A stretch of DNA of 64,000 bases from Eubacteriales bacterium (GTDB taxonomy: Bacteria; Bacillota; Clostridia; Oscillospirales; CAG-272): NCBI GenBank assembly GCA_045580325.1, contig JAZNNR010000018.1, forward strand, positions 33,931-97,930, in the 5' to 3' direction. Below the pieces are notes generated by a model. It was not told where the DNA came from, did not search any database, and worked only from the letters and a program-made list of their open reading frames with translations. Position 1 is the stretch's first letter, and the number at the start of each line of letters is the position of its first letter. Both the position numbers and the translations under genes were made by a program. This document shows, one piece after another, positions 28,299 to 37,404 of the stretch.

Positions 28299-28568
28299 AT
28301 TTTCTTTCCGCAAACACAATATATTGTATTTTTTCTCTTTCGGTCTGAATTTATGATACCATATTTTGATAATCTATTATACTATCCGAGTTGCAATTTT
28401 TTCGACATATTTGTGCGCTAAATGCTCAAAATCGGGTGCTTTTGACACTTTAGAACATTTTTATTGTGCATTTTATCAAATAGCATTCGCTTCGTATTGC
28501 AAAAATCAAAAAAATATGTAAAATATACTATATGTTCCATACACAGTTTTAGTTAAAGGAGTACTTAA

Positions 28569-29189
28569 ATGAAAGAAAACAAGACACAAAGCTCTGGCAA
28601 ATTCAAAAAGATTTTCTCTCTTGCCTGGGTGTTTTTCAAGATCGGTCTTCTTACCTTTGGCGGCGGTTACGCTATGATACCGATAATTCAGTCAGAGGTG
28701 TCCGAAAAACGCAAATGGATAAGCGAAGAAGAGCTTATGCAGGTTATTACGATCGCCGAATCGACTCCCGGCCCCATCGCAATAAACGCGGCGACCTACG
28801 TCGGATATAAGATCTGCGGATTTTTTGGATCTCTTGCGGCAACCGTTTCGGTCGTTCTTGCTCCCTTTACGATCATATATCTGATCTCGCTCTTCCTCGA
28901 GCAGTTTATGGAGTTTAAAGTGGTTGAAAACGCATTCAAGGGAATTCAGATCGCAGTTGCTTTCCTCATTCTCTCTGCGGGAATAAAGTTCATAAAGAAG
29001 CTGAAAAAACAGCCCTTCCCTATCATCACGGTCGCTCTGACGGTTACAGTTATGCTGCTGCTTGACATTTTTGCTCTTTCCTTCTCATCGGTATATCTCA
29101 TTCTTATGGGCGCTTTTGCCGGACTTATGCTTACTGTTGTCCAGCGCATACAAAGCAAAAATAAAGCGGACAAGGAGGAAAACAAATGA
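28569..29189 (+). CDS. chrA: Chromate transporter family protein (short-chain CHR, first half of pair)
   Basis: 206 aa with LLTFGGGYAMIPIIQ and TIAESTPGPIAINAATYVGY. Confidence 0.85.
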   Translation: MKENKTQSSGKFKKIFSLAWVFFKIGLLTFGGGYAMIPIIQSEVSEKRKWISEEELMQVITIAESTPGPIAINAATYVGYKICGFFGSLAATVSVVLAPFTIIYLISLFLEQFMEFKVVENAFKGIQIAVAFLILSAGIKFIKKLKKQPFPIITVALTVTVMLLLDIFALSFSSVYLILMGAFAGLMLTVVQRIQSKNKADKEENK

Positions 29190-29791
29190 TTTATCTTGAG
29201 CTCTTTCTCACATTTTTCAAGATAGGAATAGTTTCCTTCGGCGGCGGATACGCTATGCTCGCTCTTATGCGCGACGAAATAATGGCTCACGGCTGGCTCG
29301 GCGATGAAATGATAAAGAATTTTATCGGTATAGCCGAATCGACTCCCGGTCCTATCTCGGTCAATATGGCAACATTCGTCGGAAGCTCGCAGGCAGGATT
29401 TTTAGGTGCGCTCTGCGCGACTCTCGGTCTTATTCTCCCCTCGTTTATAATAATACTCATAATAGCAGCTCTTTTGAAATCTCTTATGAAAAACGTTTAC
29501 GTAAACGGAGCGCTTGAAGGAGCACAGCCCGTAGCTGTCGGTCTTATCGCCGCAACGGGTATCAGCTTTATGATCTCTATCGTTTTCCCGAGCTTTGGTA
29601 ACGTAAACATTCTCGAAGCGGTAAAAAACATCAAAACCGACGTCGAAACCTATATTATGGCGGCTCTTGTCTTTGGTTTTATGCTTGTTTTCAAGAAAAT
29701 AAAGAAAAAACAGCCCTCGCCCGTTCTACTCATTCTTGTAGCGGCGCTTCTCGGCGTTGTAATCTGCCCACTCGCAGAGCTTATAAAGTAA
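29186..29791 (+). CDS. chrA: Chromate transporter family protein (short-chain CHR, second half of pair)
   Basis: 201 aa with IVSFGGGYAMLALM and GIAESTPGPISVNMATFVG; a 4-nt overlap with the first half. Confidence 0.85.
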   Translation: MIYLELFLTFFKIGIVSFGGGYAMLALMRDEIMAHGWLGDEMIKNFIGIAESTPGPISVNMATFVGSSQAGFLGALCATLGLILPSFIIILIIAALLKSLMKNVYVNGALEGAQPVAVGLIAATGISFMISIVFPSFGNVNILEAVKNIKTDVETYIMAALVFGFMLVFKKIKKKQPSPVLLILVAALLGVVICPLAELIK

Positions 29792-29797
29792 CCAGCC

Positions 29798-30571
29798 ATG
29801 AAAGATATTCCTTACGAGCTTGCAATTCCGGGCGACCCTGAAAGATTTAAAAATGCCTGCGATCTTGCACGAAACAGCGCGCACAGCGACGAGCAGTCAA
29901 GCGAGATAGGCACTCTTTCGGAGCGAAGACTTCACTCGGTACTGAAATTTTACTACGAAAGCGATCAAAGCCTTCACGAAATAAAGGTCGGACGCTTTTT
30001 TGCCGACATTCTTACAGGTAAGCAGATAATAGAAATTCAGACGGGCGACCTCGGACGGCTCGGCAAAAAATTAGACGTTTTTCTAAAAGAACACAACGTT
30101 ACGGTCGTGCATCCTATGGCTAAAAACTGCGTTATTACGCGAATTGATCCCGAAACAGGAGAAGCACTCAGCCGAAGAAAAAGTTCTGTTCACGCCGATA
30201 TTTACAGCGCTGTGCCGCAGCTTTACCGCATAAGACCTTATCTGTCGAGTCCGAGTCTCGCGATCCGACTTGTATTTCTCTCGCTCGAGGAATACAGGAC
30301 TCCTAACTGCAGTAAGCGCGGAAGCCGCAAGGGCTCTGTTCGACTTGAACGCTTCCCCGAGGAGCTTCACTACGAAATAGACCTCTCCGTACCCGAGGAT
30401 TACAAGATATTTCTGCCAAAGGAGCTTCCCGAGCTCTTCACCTCGGGCGATATAAAAAGGCTTACCCGATGCAGAGAAGCCGCCACCCTTATGCTGATCC
30501 TCACCACCGTCGGCGTGGTAGAACGTATAGGCAAACGCGGGAATGCTTATGTTTATAAAATTAAACATTAG
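29798..30571 (+). CDS. Hypothetical protein, possible PD-(D/E)xK nuclease fold
   Basis: 257 aa. The segment GTLSERRLHSVLKFYYE...HEIKVGRFFADIL...IIEIQTG resembles the D...E-x-K/Q core of restriction-endonuclease-like proteins. The fold assignment is tentative. Confidence 0.6.
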   Translation: MKDIPYELAIPGDPERFKNACDLARNSAHSDEQSSEIGTLSERRLHSVLKFYYESDQSLHEIKVGRFFADILTGKQIIEIQTGDLGRLGKKLDVFLKEHNVTVVHPMAKNCVITRIDPETGEALSRRKSSVHADIYSAVPQLYRIRPYLSSPSLAIRLVFLSLEEYRTPNCSKRGSRKGSVRLERFPEELHYEIDLSVPEDYKIFLPKELPELFTSGDIKRLTRCREAATLMLILTTVGVVERIGKRGNAYVYKIKH

Positions 30572-30646
30572 GGTTCCACGCCAAAGAACTTTTATAAAAA
30601 ACAAAGAAACACTTATGACCGTACAAATCATAAGTGTTTTTTATAT

Positions 30647-31861
30647 TTATAGTGTTTTAGCCGCGTCAACAAGCGAGTCCTTTTTATTTTTGACCTCGCC
30701 CTCGATGACGAGCCATAGCAGCTTTTTGAGTATGCGTCCCATTTCGGCTGACTGCGGTATTCCTGCATCTGCAAGGTCTTTTCCACTCACGTCGAGCGAT
30801 TTTATCGACAGACACGCGTTTTCTTTTATCAGCTTTTCAGCGCATTCGCGTATTTTTATAAGGTTTCCCGTGTCCGCCCTGTGATAGCTGTCAAACGCTT
30901 CTCTGAGAGAAATTATCTTGTCAAGATCGTCGAAAGTATTTTCCGTGAGAAGATGTGAGACATCTTTTTCGAAGCGTTCCGACGCAAAATTCGGCATCTC
31001 AAAGGAAAGTGATGACACGAGCTTTTTGACAAGCCTATGGGTTTCGTTATCCGTTTTAAGTGTGCGGATCATTCCCCCCGCGTCTTCTGCGCTCATATGC
31101 GAGAAGAGTGCCGCATATCTTACCGTATGGTCCTTTGGGCAGTGTGAGAGAACCTCTATATTTTCAGCAGGAATTTCACCGAAAAGCTCTGAAAGGACAG
31201 GATAAAACTGCTTTAATATTTTAGTCGCGCCATTTCCTAAAATAAGCTTTGTAAGCTCTGCGTAAATTCGCTCTACCGATATATTTTTCAGAAGACCTCT
31301 GTTTCTTATAACCGACTTTGCCGTTTTTTCTTCCACCTCAAATTCAAGGACCGAGGCAAAACGCATAGCCCGCAGTATACGAAGTCCGTCTTCGTTAAAT
31401 CTTGTATCGGCATCTCCTACGCACCTTATTATCTTACGCTCTATATCCTTTTCACCGTCAAAAAGGTCGATAAGTCCCTCGTCTGGATTATACGCCATAG
31501 CGTTTACGGTAAAATCACGTCTTGAAAGGTCTTCCGATATATTTCTGACAAAGGTAACCTTCTCGGGATGTCTGTTATCGAGATATTTCCCATCGGTACG
31601 GAAGGTCGTTATCTCTATATTTTCGCCCTCATATACAACGGTAACAGTGCCGTGCTTAAGACCTGTCAGAATTATATCGCAGTCGGGAAAGCTTTCAGAG
31701 GTTTCCGAAGGGAAAGCATCTGTTGTTATATCAAAATCGTGCGGTACTTTACCCATAAGCATATCACGCACGCATCCGCCTACCGCGTAGCCGTGATGAC
31801 CGTGATCCTTCAGCCTGTCAATTACCGCGCATATTTTCTCGGGCAGATTTATCTCACGCAT
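30647..31861 (-). CDS. cca: CCA-adding tRNA nucleotidyltransferase
   Basis: 404 aa. Contains GYAVGGCVRDMLMGKVPHDFDITT and RDFTVNAM (class II nucleotidyltransferase head). Confidence 0.9.
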   Translation of the reverse strand: MREINLPEKICAVIDRLKDHGHHGYAVGGCVRDMLMGKVPHDFDITTDAFPSETSESFPDCDIILTGLKHGTVTVVYEGENIEITTFRTDGKYLDNRHPEKVTFVRNISEDLSRRDFTVNAMAYNPDEGLIDLFDGEKDIERKIIRCVGDADTRFNEDGLRILRAMRFASVLEFEVEEKTAKSVIRNRGLLKNISVERIYAELTKLILGNGATKILKQFYPVLSELFGEIPAENIEVLSHCPKDHTVRYAALFSHMSAEDAGGMIRTLKTDNETHRLVKKLVSSLSFEMPNFASERFEKDVSHLLTENTFDDLDKIISLREAFDSYHRADTGNLIKIRECAEKLIKENACLSIKSLDVSGKDLADAGIPQSAEMGRILKKLLWLVIEGEVKNKKDSLVDAAKTL

Positions 31862-31929
31862 ACTATTCCCTTCCTTTCCAAATAGCTGTCTTTACATAAT
31901 TATACTTTAACTTATCCTCATTGTCAAGT

Positions 31930-31972
31930 AAAAAGAGAAAAATCGGAATGTGCCGCAAAGCACATTCCGATT
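31930..31972 (-). terminator. Intrinsic terminator after the ABC/unknown locus
   Basis: AATCGGAATGTGC-cgcaaa-GCACATTCCGATT, with a T-rich run on the minus strand. Confidence 0.7.
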
Positions 31973-31999
31973 TGAGTTTATACTCTCTGTGTTTGGCTA

Positions 32000-33046
32000 T
32001 TAACCTGTAATACCCGAACGTTCAATACCCTGAATGAGGTATCTCTGACAGAACAGATATATGATGACAAGCGGGAATCCAACAAGAATTGCACAAGTAT
32101 TCTTGATGGTCGGCTGATAAAGCGCTCCGGCTGCTCCGCTCTCCTTGATAAGCTCTGTAAGAGAAGCGGGAACGTCCTGCGCAAAATATGCCAGCGTCTG
32201 TACGCTTTGGTTGTTTGTGTAGAAGGTCATCGAATAGAAGTTATCTGCCCAAGTCCACGAGAACGCGAATACGAAGATCGTGATCATCATCGGGATAGAG
32301 ATAGGAAGAATGATCTTAAAGAAGGTTCTTGTTACACTTGAACCGTCAATATAAGCCGATTCTTCAAGCTCGTCGGGAACGCCGCGATAGAACTGTCTCA
32401 TCATAAATATGTAAAGACCGTTCTTAAGACCGATACCCGTCAGCGAAAGAATTACGAAGGGATACATTGTATTAAGCAGCGAGATCTTTCCAATTCCTAA
32501 GAGTTCAAAAAGTCCGAGAATATCAAAGTTCTTAAACTGAAGGAAGAGCGCGTACTTAATAGTCTGTGTAGGTACCATCATTGTTATAAGCACAAAGGTG
32601 AAGAGAATACCGCTTCCCTTGAACTTATACTTTGCAAATCCGTATCCAACAAGGCTACATACGAAGGTCTGAAGAAGTGCACAAACTATTGACAAAAGTC
32701 CTGTGGTCAAAACAGCTTCCAAATAGTTGTTTTCTATGATCAGTGCCTTATACGTATCGATTGTGAAATGCTTCGGTACAAAGTTTACGGTAACGTCCGC
32801 AAAATCTTCAACGCTCATAAACGATTCGGTTATTACCGAAAACCAAGGGTTGAGGATTATATAGCACATACCAATGAGAATTACGTAGCGGAAAATCTTC
32901 CAAAGTAACGTAGTAGCAAAGTGCATTGACAGATACTTTGTTTTGAATCTTTTCCATCTGGAGGTTCTCTCAAATTCAACGCGAATCTTATTCTTTGATT
33001 CTTTGAGAACTTTGGAATTTGTATTAGCTGAATTCATATCTTGCAC
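32000..33046 (-). CDS. Carbohydrate ABC transporter permease (MalG-like)
   Basis: 348 aa, six TM helices, EAA loop EESAYIDGSSVTRTFFKIILP. Confidence 0.85.
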   Translation of the reverse strand: MQDMNSANTNSKVLKESKNKIRVEFERTSRWKRFKTKYLSMHFATTLLWKIFRYVILIGMCYIILNPWFSVITESFMSVEDFADVTVNFVPKHFTIDTYKALIIENNYLEAVLTTGLLSIVCALLQTFVCSLVGYGFAKYKFKGSGILFTFVLITMMVPTQTIKYALFLQFKNFDILGLFELLGIGKISLLNTMYPFVILSLTGIGLKNGLYIFMMRQFYRGVPDELEESAYIDGSSVTRTFFKIILPISIPMMITIFVFAFSWTWADNFYSMTFYTNNQSVQTLAYFAQDVPASLTELIKESGAAGALYQPTIKNTCAILVGFPLVIIYLFCQRYLIQGIERSGITG

Positions 33047-33052
33047 CTCCTG

Positions 33053-34066
33053 TTAATCTCTTCTCTGATAGAAGACGAATGTCTTTATCAGTGCCGCTAC
33101 CACTGCAACTATCGCAACTACGATAAGGAAATATACCCACGCCATTGCGGTTGCTATGGTTTGAGATTTTGAACTGTAATAGCTCTGAATGTACGACATA
33201 ACAGAGTTATCTGCTTTTGTAAACGAGTCTATAACCGTGTATATAGAGTTTACAAGGATCATGGGGCTTATCATCGGGAAGGTTACCTTCCAGAAGGTTT
33301 CCCAGGTCGTTGCACCGTCTATGCTACAAGATTCATATATCGCAGGAGATATTGACTGAAGTCCTGCAAGGAATATAAGAATCTGTACACCCGCATCGTT
33401 AACGATATTATAAATATCGTTAACGAGGTCGGTAATATACTTAACAAGTCCGGTTCCTATTTTCATATTAGAAAATAGTACTGTAATATCGGCAGCAGAT
33501 ATGATCTGATCTGTTGCAGATTCGCCCTGCAAGCCCTGATCGATCGATCCTGATGCGCCTGCAGCTGCTCCTGTGGAGCTGAGCATACCGTCTATAAGAC
33601 CGGTAGAAAGAATAACCGGTACGAAGAGGATCGCTCTGAACGCTGCTCTACCTACCATCTTCTGATTAAGAAGAATAGCAAGGAAGAGTGAAAGGAAGAC
33701 TATCGCAGGAATGTTAAGTGCGATTTCTAAAAGTCCGCCTACAAGGATCTGTGTAAAGTCTGTATCGTCAAGAAGAGCTGCCTTATAGTTTTCAAATCCT
33801 ACAAAGCTTACATTTGTTCCAATGTATTCCTGGAAGCTGAGGAGGACCGAGTTGAACAGTATCGGGAGATAGAGAACTACCAGACCGATAACAAAGGGCA
33901 TTACGAATATCCAACCTGCGCGGGATTTCTTTCTGTCGAGAGAAACTACCTTCTTTCGCTTAGGAGAAGATGCTTTTACTTCTTTGGGGGCTTTTTCCTT
34001 TACGGCTTTTTCGGGCTTCTGCTTTTCAGGCTTCTGCTTTGCCGTCTTTTTTACTGCTTTATCCAT
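33053..34066 (-). CDS. Sugar ABC transporter permease (MalF-like) with a Lys-rich N-terminal tail
   Basis: 337 aa, EAA loop YESCSIDGATTWETFWKVTFP. Confidence 0.85.
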   Translation of the reverse strand: MDKAVKKTAKQKPEKQKPEKAVKEKAPKEVKASSPKRKKVVSLDRKKSRAGWIFVMPFVIGLVVLYLPILFNSVLLSFQEYIGTNVSFVGFENYKAALLDDTDFTQILVGGLLEIALNIPAIVFLSLFLAILLNQKMVGRAAFRAILFVPVILSTGLIDGMLSSTGAAAGASGSIDQGLQGESATDQIISAADITVLFSNMKIGTGLVKYITDLVNDIYNIVNDAGVQILIFLAGLQSISPAIYESCSIDGATTWETFWKVTFPMISPMILVNSIYTVIDSFTKADNSVMSYIQSYYSSKSQTIATAMAWVYFLIVVAIVAVVAALIKTFVFYQRRD

Positions 34067-34084
34067 TATTCATCTCTCCTTTCT

Positions 34085-37000
34085 TTAATCTGCGATTGTT
34101 TCGGGGTAATACTTACCGAACGAGAACGCGCCTATTTCGTATGTAACTCCGTCTATATCAACTGTTACGTCGAACGCATTGTAGTTCAGTATGAAGCTTA
34201 CTCCGTTTGAATATGTCATATAAACGATCGTTGTATCGTCTATTACAAGATCCATAGGATTGTTGTAAACAAATTCTTCGTATGCGAAGGGTGCGATTTC
34301 TTCTGCTGTATACTCAATTCCTGCAGCTTCTGCTTCAAGTCTCTTGCTTTCAGCAAATGCAAGTTGCTTGAGATATACTGACAAAGCTTCTTCGCGTTTT
34401 GCACAGTACTCTGAATACTGTCTGTCGTATTCAGCTTCTTGGAACTTGATTTCGTTTTCTTCAAGAACTCTTGTTCCTGTTACAAAGTCGTGAGATACGA
34501 TAGTTTCCGTCTGAAGATCGTGGAGAGCTCCATTGACAATACCGTAGGTCTTAACTATGTCTGAATACCAGTTCTTAAAGTCGACAGAATAATAATCCGA
34601 ATATAACGAATATTCCTTAAGCTCTGCTGAGTTCTGCATTATGAGGATATAGAAGGGCGATGCGCCGTTTTCTATTATCTTAAGGATCTCGTAATTTACA
34701 TCACCCTGCATATTGGTAGGAGTACCTGCGATGTTGATATATCCGTGAAGAACGATACCGAGGAAAGGTACAGATGCACTTGTTCTGATATAGTTACTTC
34801 CGTCAAGCTCTACGTTGAGTATATGATCAACATACTTCCAGGTGTATGAGTTACCTTGGCTTACCATTACGCTATTGAAAGCTCCGTCTATCTTGGAAAG
34901 CAGCTCGGTCGTATAGTCCTTACTGTCTTCTCTGTTGAGCGGATTGTCCTCATTAAAGTCTGTACTGAGGTCGCTTCCGAGAGTACTTACGGAAACGTTG
35001 CCCTTGCTGAACTTCGACATTGCCTTGCTGAAGTAATCATACATCTTGTTGTACGAAGCAGGAGATACACATGTAGATCCTACGTACTGGAAGGACTGAT
35101 ATACCGAAGAGTATGCTCTCTTACCGGTGTAACGGTCGTCAACAGTCTTAAGAGAATCTTTGGTATGTGAATACTTGTCAAAGAACTTTGTGGCGTCAAC
35201 GTTTGCAAAGTCAAAATCAGGGAATACTTCGAGGAGACCGTTTGTCTTCTCTGCGTATGCGATGAGATCATTGTATCCGTCATTACCGCCGAGAACCTTC
35301 TCGAACTTAACGGTGGTGGGAGCAAGAGTATACATCCAACCGCCCTCGGTAAATCCGGTAAGCTTAACCTTGATGTTAGTGATTTCCGATTCTCCGAAAA
35401 GCTCATACATCTTCTTAACGTCATTAAAAGTTGAAAGAGGTGTATCTACCCATGTGGGAACAGTCATTATAATTTCCTGAACCTCGACCATACCAAATGT
35501 TTCAAGATAAAGCGGAATACTGTCAGCAACATCTGTGATTGCGCTTATAATACCTGCGTTTACAAGGTGTGTACGGTACGCATCAGCCATTCCGACGTAA
35601 GATGCTTTATACTGCGAATTTTCATTATCGCTCAGAAGCATATACTTAACTGTAAAGCAGCCTGTATATTTTCTGTCCGAAGTAATTGTCCATTCGTTAT
35701 CACCTGCGCCCGAGATAGAGTCTCCGAGGTTATAAGAGTCTGTACTTCTGGGATAGAATGTCGCATATGCGGAGTTGTAAGGATGTCTTACGCCTGCGCC
35801 GTGATCGGATGTGATATATGCAAGTGCTTCGCCCTCTGTTATGATTGCAAACATACCTTCGGGAGAAATCGTTGTAATCTCTTCATAAACGATTACCGTT
35901 TCTGTTTCAACAACAGGATTTCCGTCAGGATAGTACATCTGCTTTCCATCGCTTGTCAAGATGTAGAAAGGAATCGGCTGACCTGTAATATCATAGATCA
36001 AATTACCTGCGTTATCACGCTGATAGATAATTTCTTCGGTCTTGGAGATTATTTCTCCCTTCTCGACCTTCTTATTTTCACTTACAACACCGAATACAGG
36101 AGCTGTAAATACTGCGCTCTTGCCGTCATACTTACCCTTTTCAAAGGAAAGCTGGTGGTAACCGTAGTCCGCGCCGTACACCTGTCCTGAAAGCGTATAC
36201 TGTAATCCGGTAGCCATTATATCCTCGTTACGAATTATCGTACCGCTTCCGTCGGGAACGAAGTTATAACCCTTATCGCTACCCGTAGATGCTCCCATAT
36301 ATGGGAGAAGTGTAATGTTCTGAAGCTGATATGCTTCTTCATCAAAGCTGATACTGTTTGCGGGAATTGTTGCAACAAGACCTTCATCAGTTATCTCATA
36401 TTCTACTGCAACATAGAAGACCGCATTTGCGTTTGCCGCTCCGACATATCCTGTGATTTCGTGGTCGCGGGCAACTTCTTCGTAGTTATAGTGAGGACAG
36501 AATCTCTTAATATAGCCTTCAAGCTCGTTAAGCTGCTTTTCAGATGTTTCAGCCTTCGGGTCGATTACATATATAGCCATCTTATCCTTAGCTTCTTTTG
36601 TAATAGCAGACACAAGATTCGGGCTCAGAGTATTCTTTGTAAGTTTGTCAAGACCGATAGTTATTTCTTCCTTGTAATATCTTGTTTTGGTACAAGGATA
36701 TGTTTCGTAATAAGACTCGATAACCGAGAGTGCTTCGTTTGCGTTGGGGTCAACGAGCTTATAGTAAGTTAAGATCTTTTTGTAGATATAAAGATCTTCA
36801 ACAGGATCAATGAACGCCATGATCTGCTGTTCGAATCTTGTTGCTTCGATCCATCTCGGAACGAGCGAACGTGAGGATTCTTTACCGAGTGTGTATTCTA
36901 CGCGAATACCACTCTTGATGTTTTTAACGGTGATCTGACCGTAAACAGCACTTTCTGAATAGCTGTAGAAGGTTCTTCCGATACCTTCATTCTCGAGGTC

Positions 37001-37387
37001 CTTGAATCTTACAACAACCTGAGAGAGAAGCTCTTCTTTTACACTGCTTACGTTTACCTTGGAAACATCGTGAGGGTTTGAGAGAAGTATCTGCCCTGTC
37101 GAAACACACTGAACAGCAATTTCTCCCGAGTACGGATCTATATAGAGTTTGTAGTCGCCATTGGGACTAGACTTCTTATAGGTCATCGTAGCAAGTTTTT
37201 CTTCTTTACTTTCGTATTCTGTGGTAAGGTAAGTCGCGAGTATTTCACTCGTTGACATTACCACCGTTTCCTCTTCGGGAATGGAGGTTGCCTCATCAGC
37301 TGAAACAGGAAGTAAAAATGTAAATGTTGTAATGAGCATGCACACAAGTGCTATCATCGCAAAATATCTTGTATTTTTCGTTATCAT
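34085..37387 (-). CDS. Large secreted protein of unknown function (about 1100 aa; DUF5696-like by context)
   Basis: ATG at 37387 follows AAAGGAGG. Signal-peptide-like N-terminus (FAMIALVCMLITTFTFLLPVSA). I recognise no catalytic motif, and the DUF assignment rests only on remembered gene context. Confidence 0.6.
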   Translation of the reverse strand: MITKNTRYFAMIALVCMLITTFTFLLPVSADEATSIPEEETVVMSTSEILATYLTTEYESKEEKLATMTYKKSSPNGDYKLYIDPYSGEIAVQCVSTGQILLSNPHDVSKVNVSSVKEELLSQVVVRFKDLENEGIGRTFYSYSESAVYGQITVKNIKSGIRVEYTLGKESSRSLVPRWIEATRFEQQIMAFIDPVEDLYIYKKILTYYKLVDPNANEALSVIESYYETYPCTKTRYYKEEITIGLDKLTKNTLSPNLVSAITKEAKDKMAIYVIDPKAETSEKQLNELEGYIKRFCPHYNYEEVARDHEITGYVGAANANAVFYVAVEYEITDEGLVATIPANSISFDEEAYQLQNITLLPYMGASTGSDKGYNFVPDGSGTIIRNEDIMATGLQYTLSGQVYGADYGYHQLSFEKGKYDGKSAVFTAPVFGVVSENKKVEKGEIISKTEEIIYQRDNAGNLIYDITGQPIPFYILTSDGKQMYYPDGNPVVETETVIVYEEITTISPEGMFAIITEGEALAYITSDHGAGVRHPYNSAYATFYPRSTDSYNLGDSISGAGDNEWTITSDRKYTGCFTVKYMLLSDNENSQYKASYVGMADAYRTHLVNAGIISAITDVADSIPLYLETFGMVEVQEIIMTVPTWVDTPLSTFNDVKKMYELFGESEITNIKVKLTGFTEGGWMYTLAPTTVKFEKVLGGNDGYNDLIAYAEKTNGLLEVFPDFDFANVDATKFFDKYSHTKDSLKTVDDRYTGKRAYSSVYQSFQYVGSTCVSPASYNKMYDYFSKAMSKFSKGNVSVSTLGSDLSTDFNEDNPLNREDSKDYTTELLSKIDGAFNSVMVSQGNSYTWKYVDHILNVELDGSNYIRTSASVPFLGIVLHGYINIAGTPTNMQGDVNYEILKIIENGASPFYILIMQNSAELKEYSLYSDYYSVDFKNWYSDIVKTYGIVNGALHDLQTETIVSHDFVTGTRVLEENEIKFQEAEYDRQYSEYCAKREEALSVYLKQLAFAESKRLEAEAAGIEYTAEEIAPFAYEEFVYNNPMDLVIDDTTIVYMTYSNGVSFILNYNAFDVTVDIDGVTYEIGAFSFGKYYPETIAD

Positions 37388-37404
37388 CTTTTTTCCTCCT
37401 TTCA

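Larger units (their letters stand above)
23763..28319. other. Accessory island 1: cassette-like genes separated by shared repeat modules, inserted after rlmD
   Basis: Functionally unrelated genes of mosaic base composition, with repeats at 23764-24005, 24968-25116, 25731-25882 and 27098-27203. No recombinase gene is present. Confidence 0.5.

Noticed and set aside
28569-29791. The split chrA as a frameshifted pseudogene
   Set aside because: Each half has its own GGGYAM and ESTPGP motifs, and the 4-nt start/stop overlap is typical of the known paired short-chain CHR arrangement.
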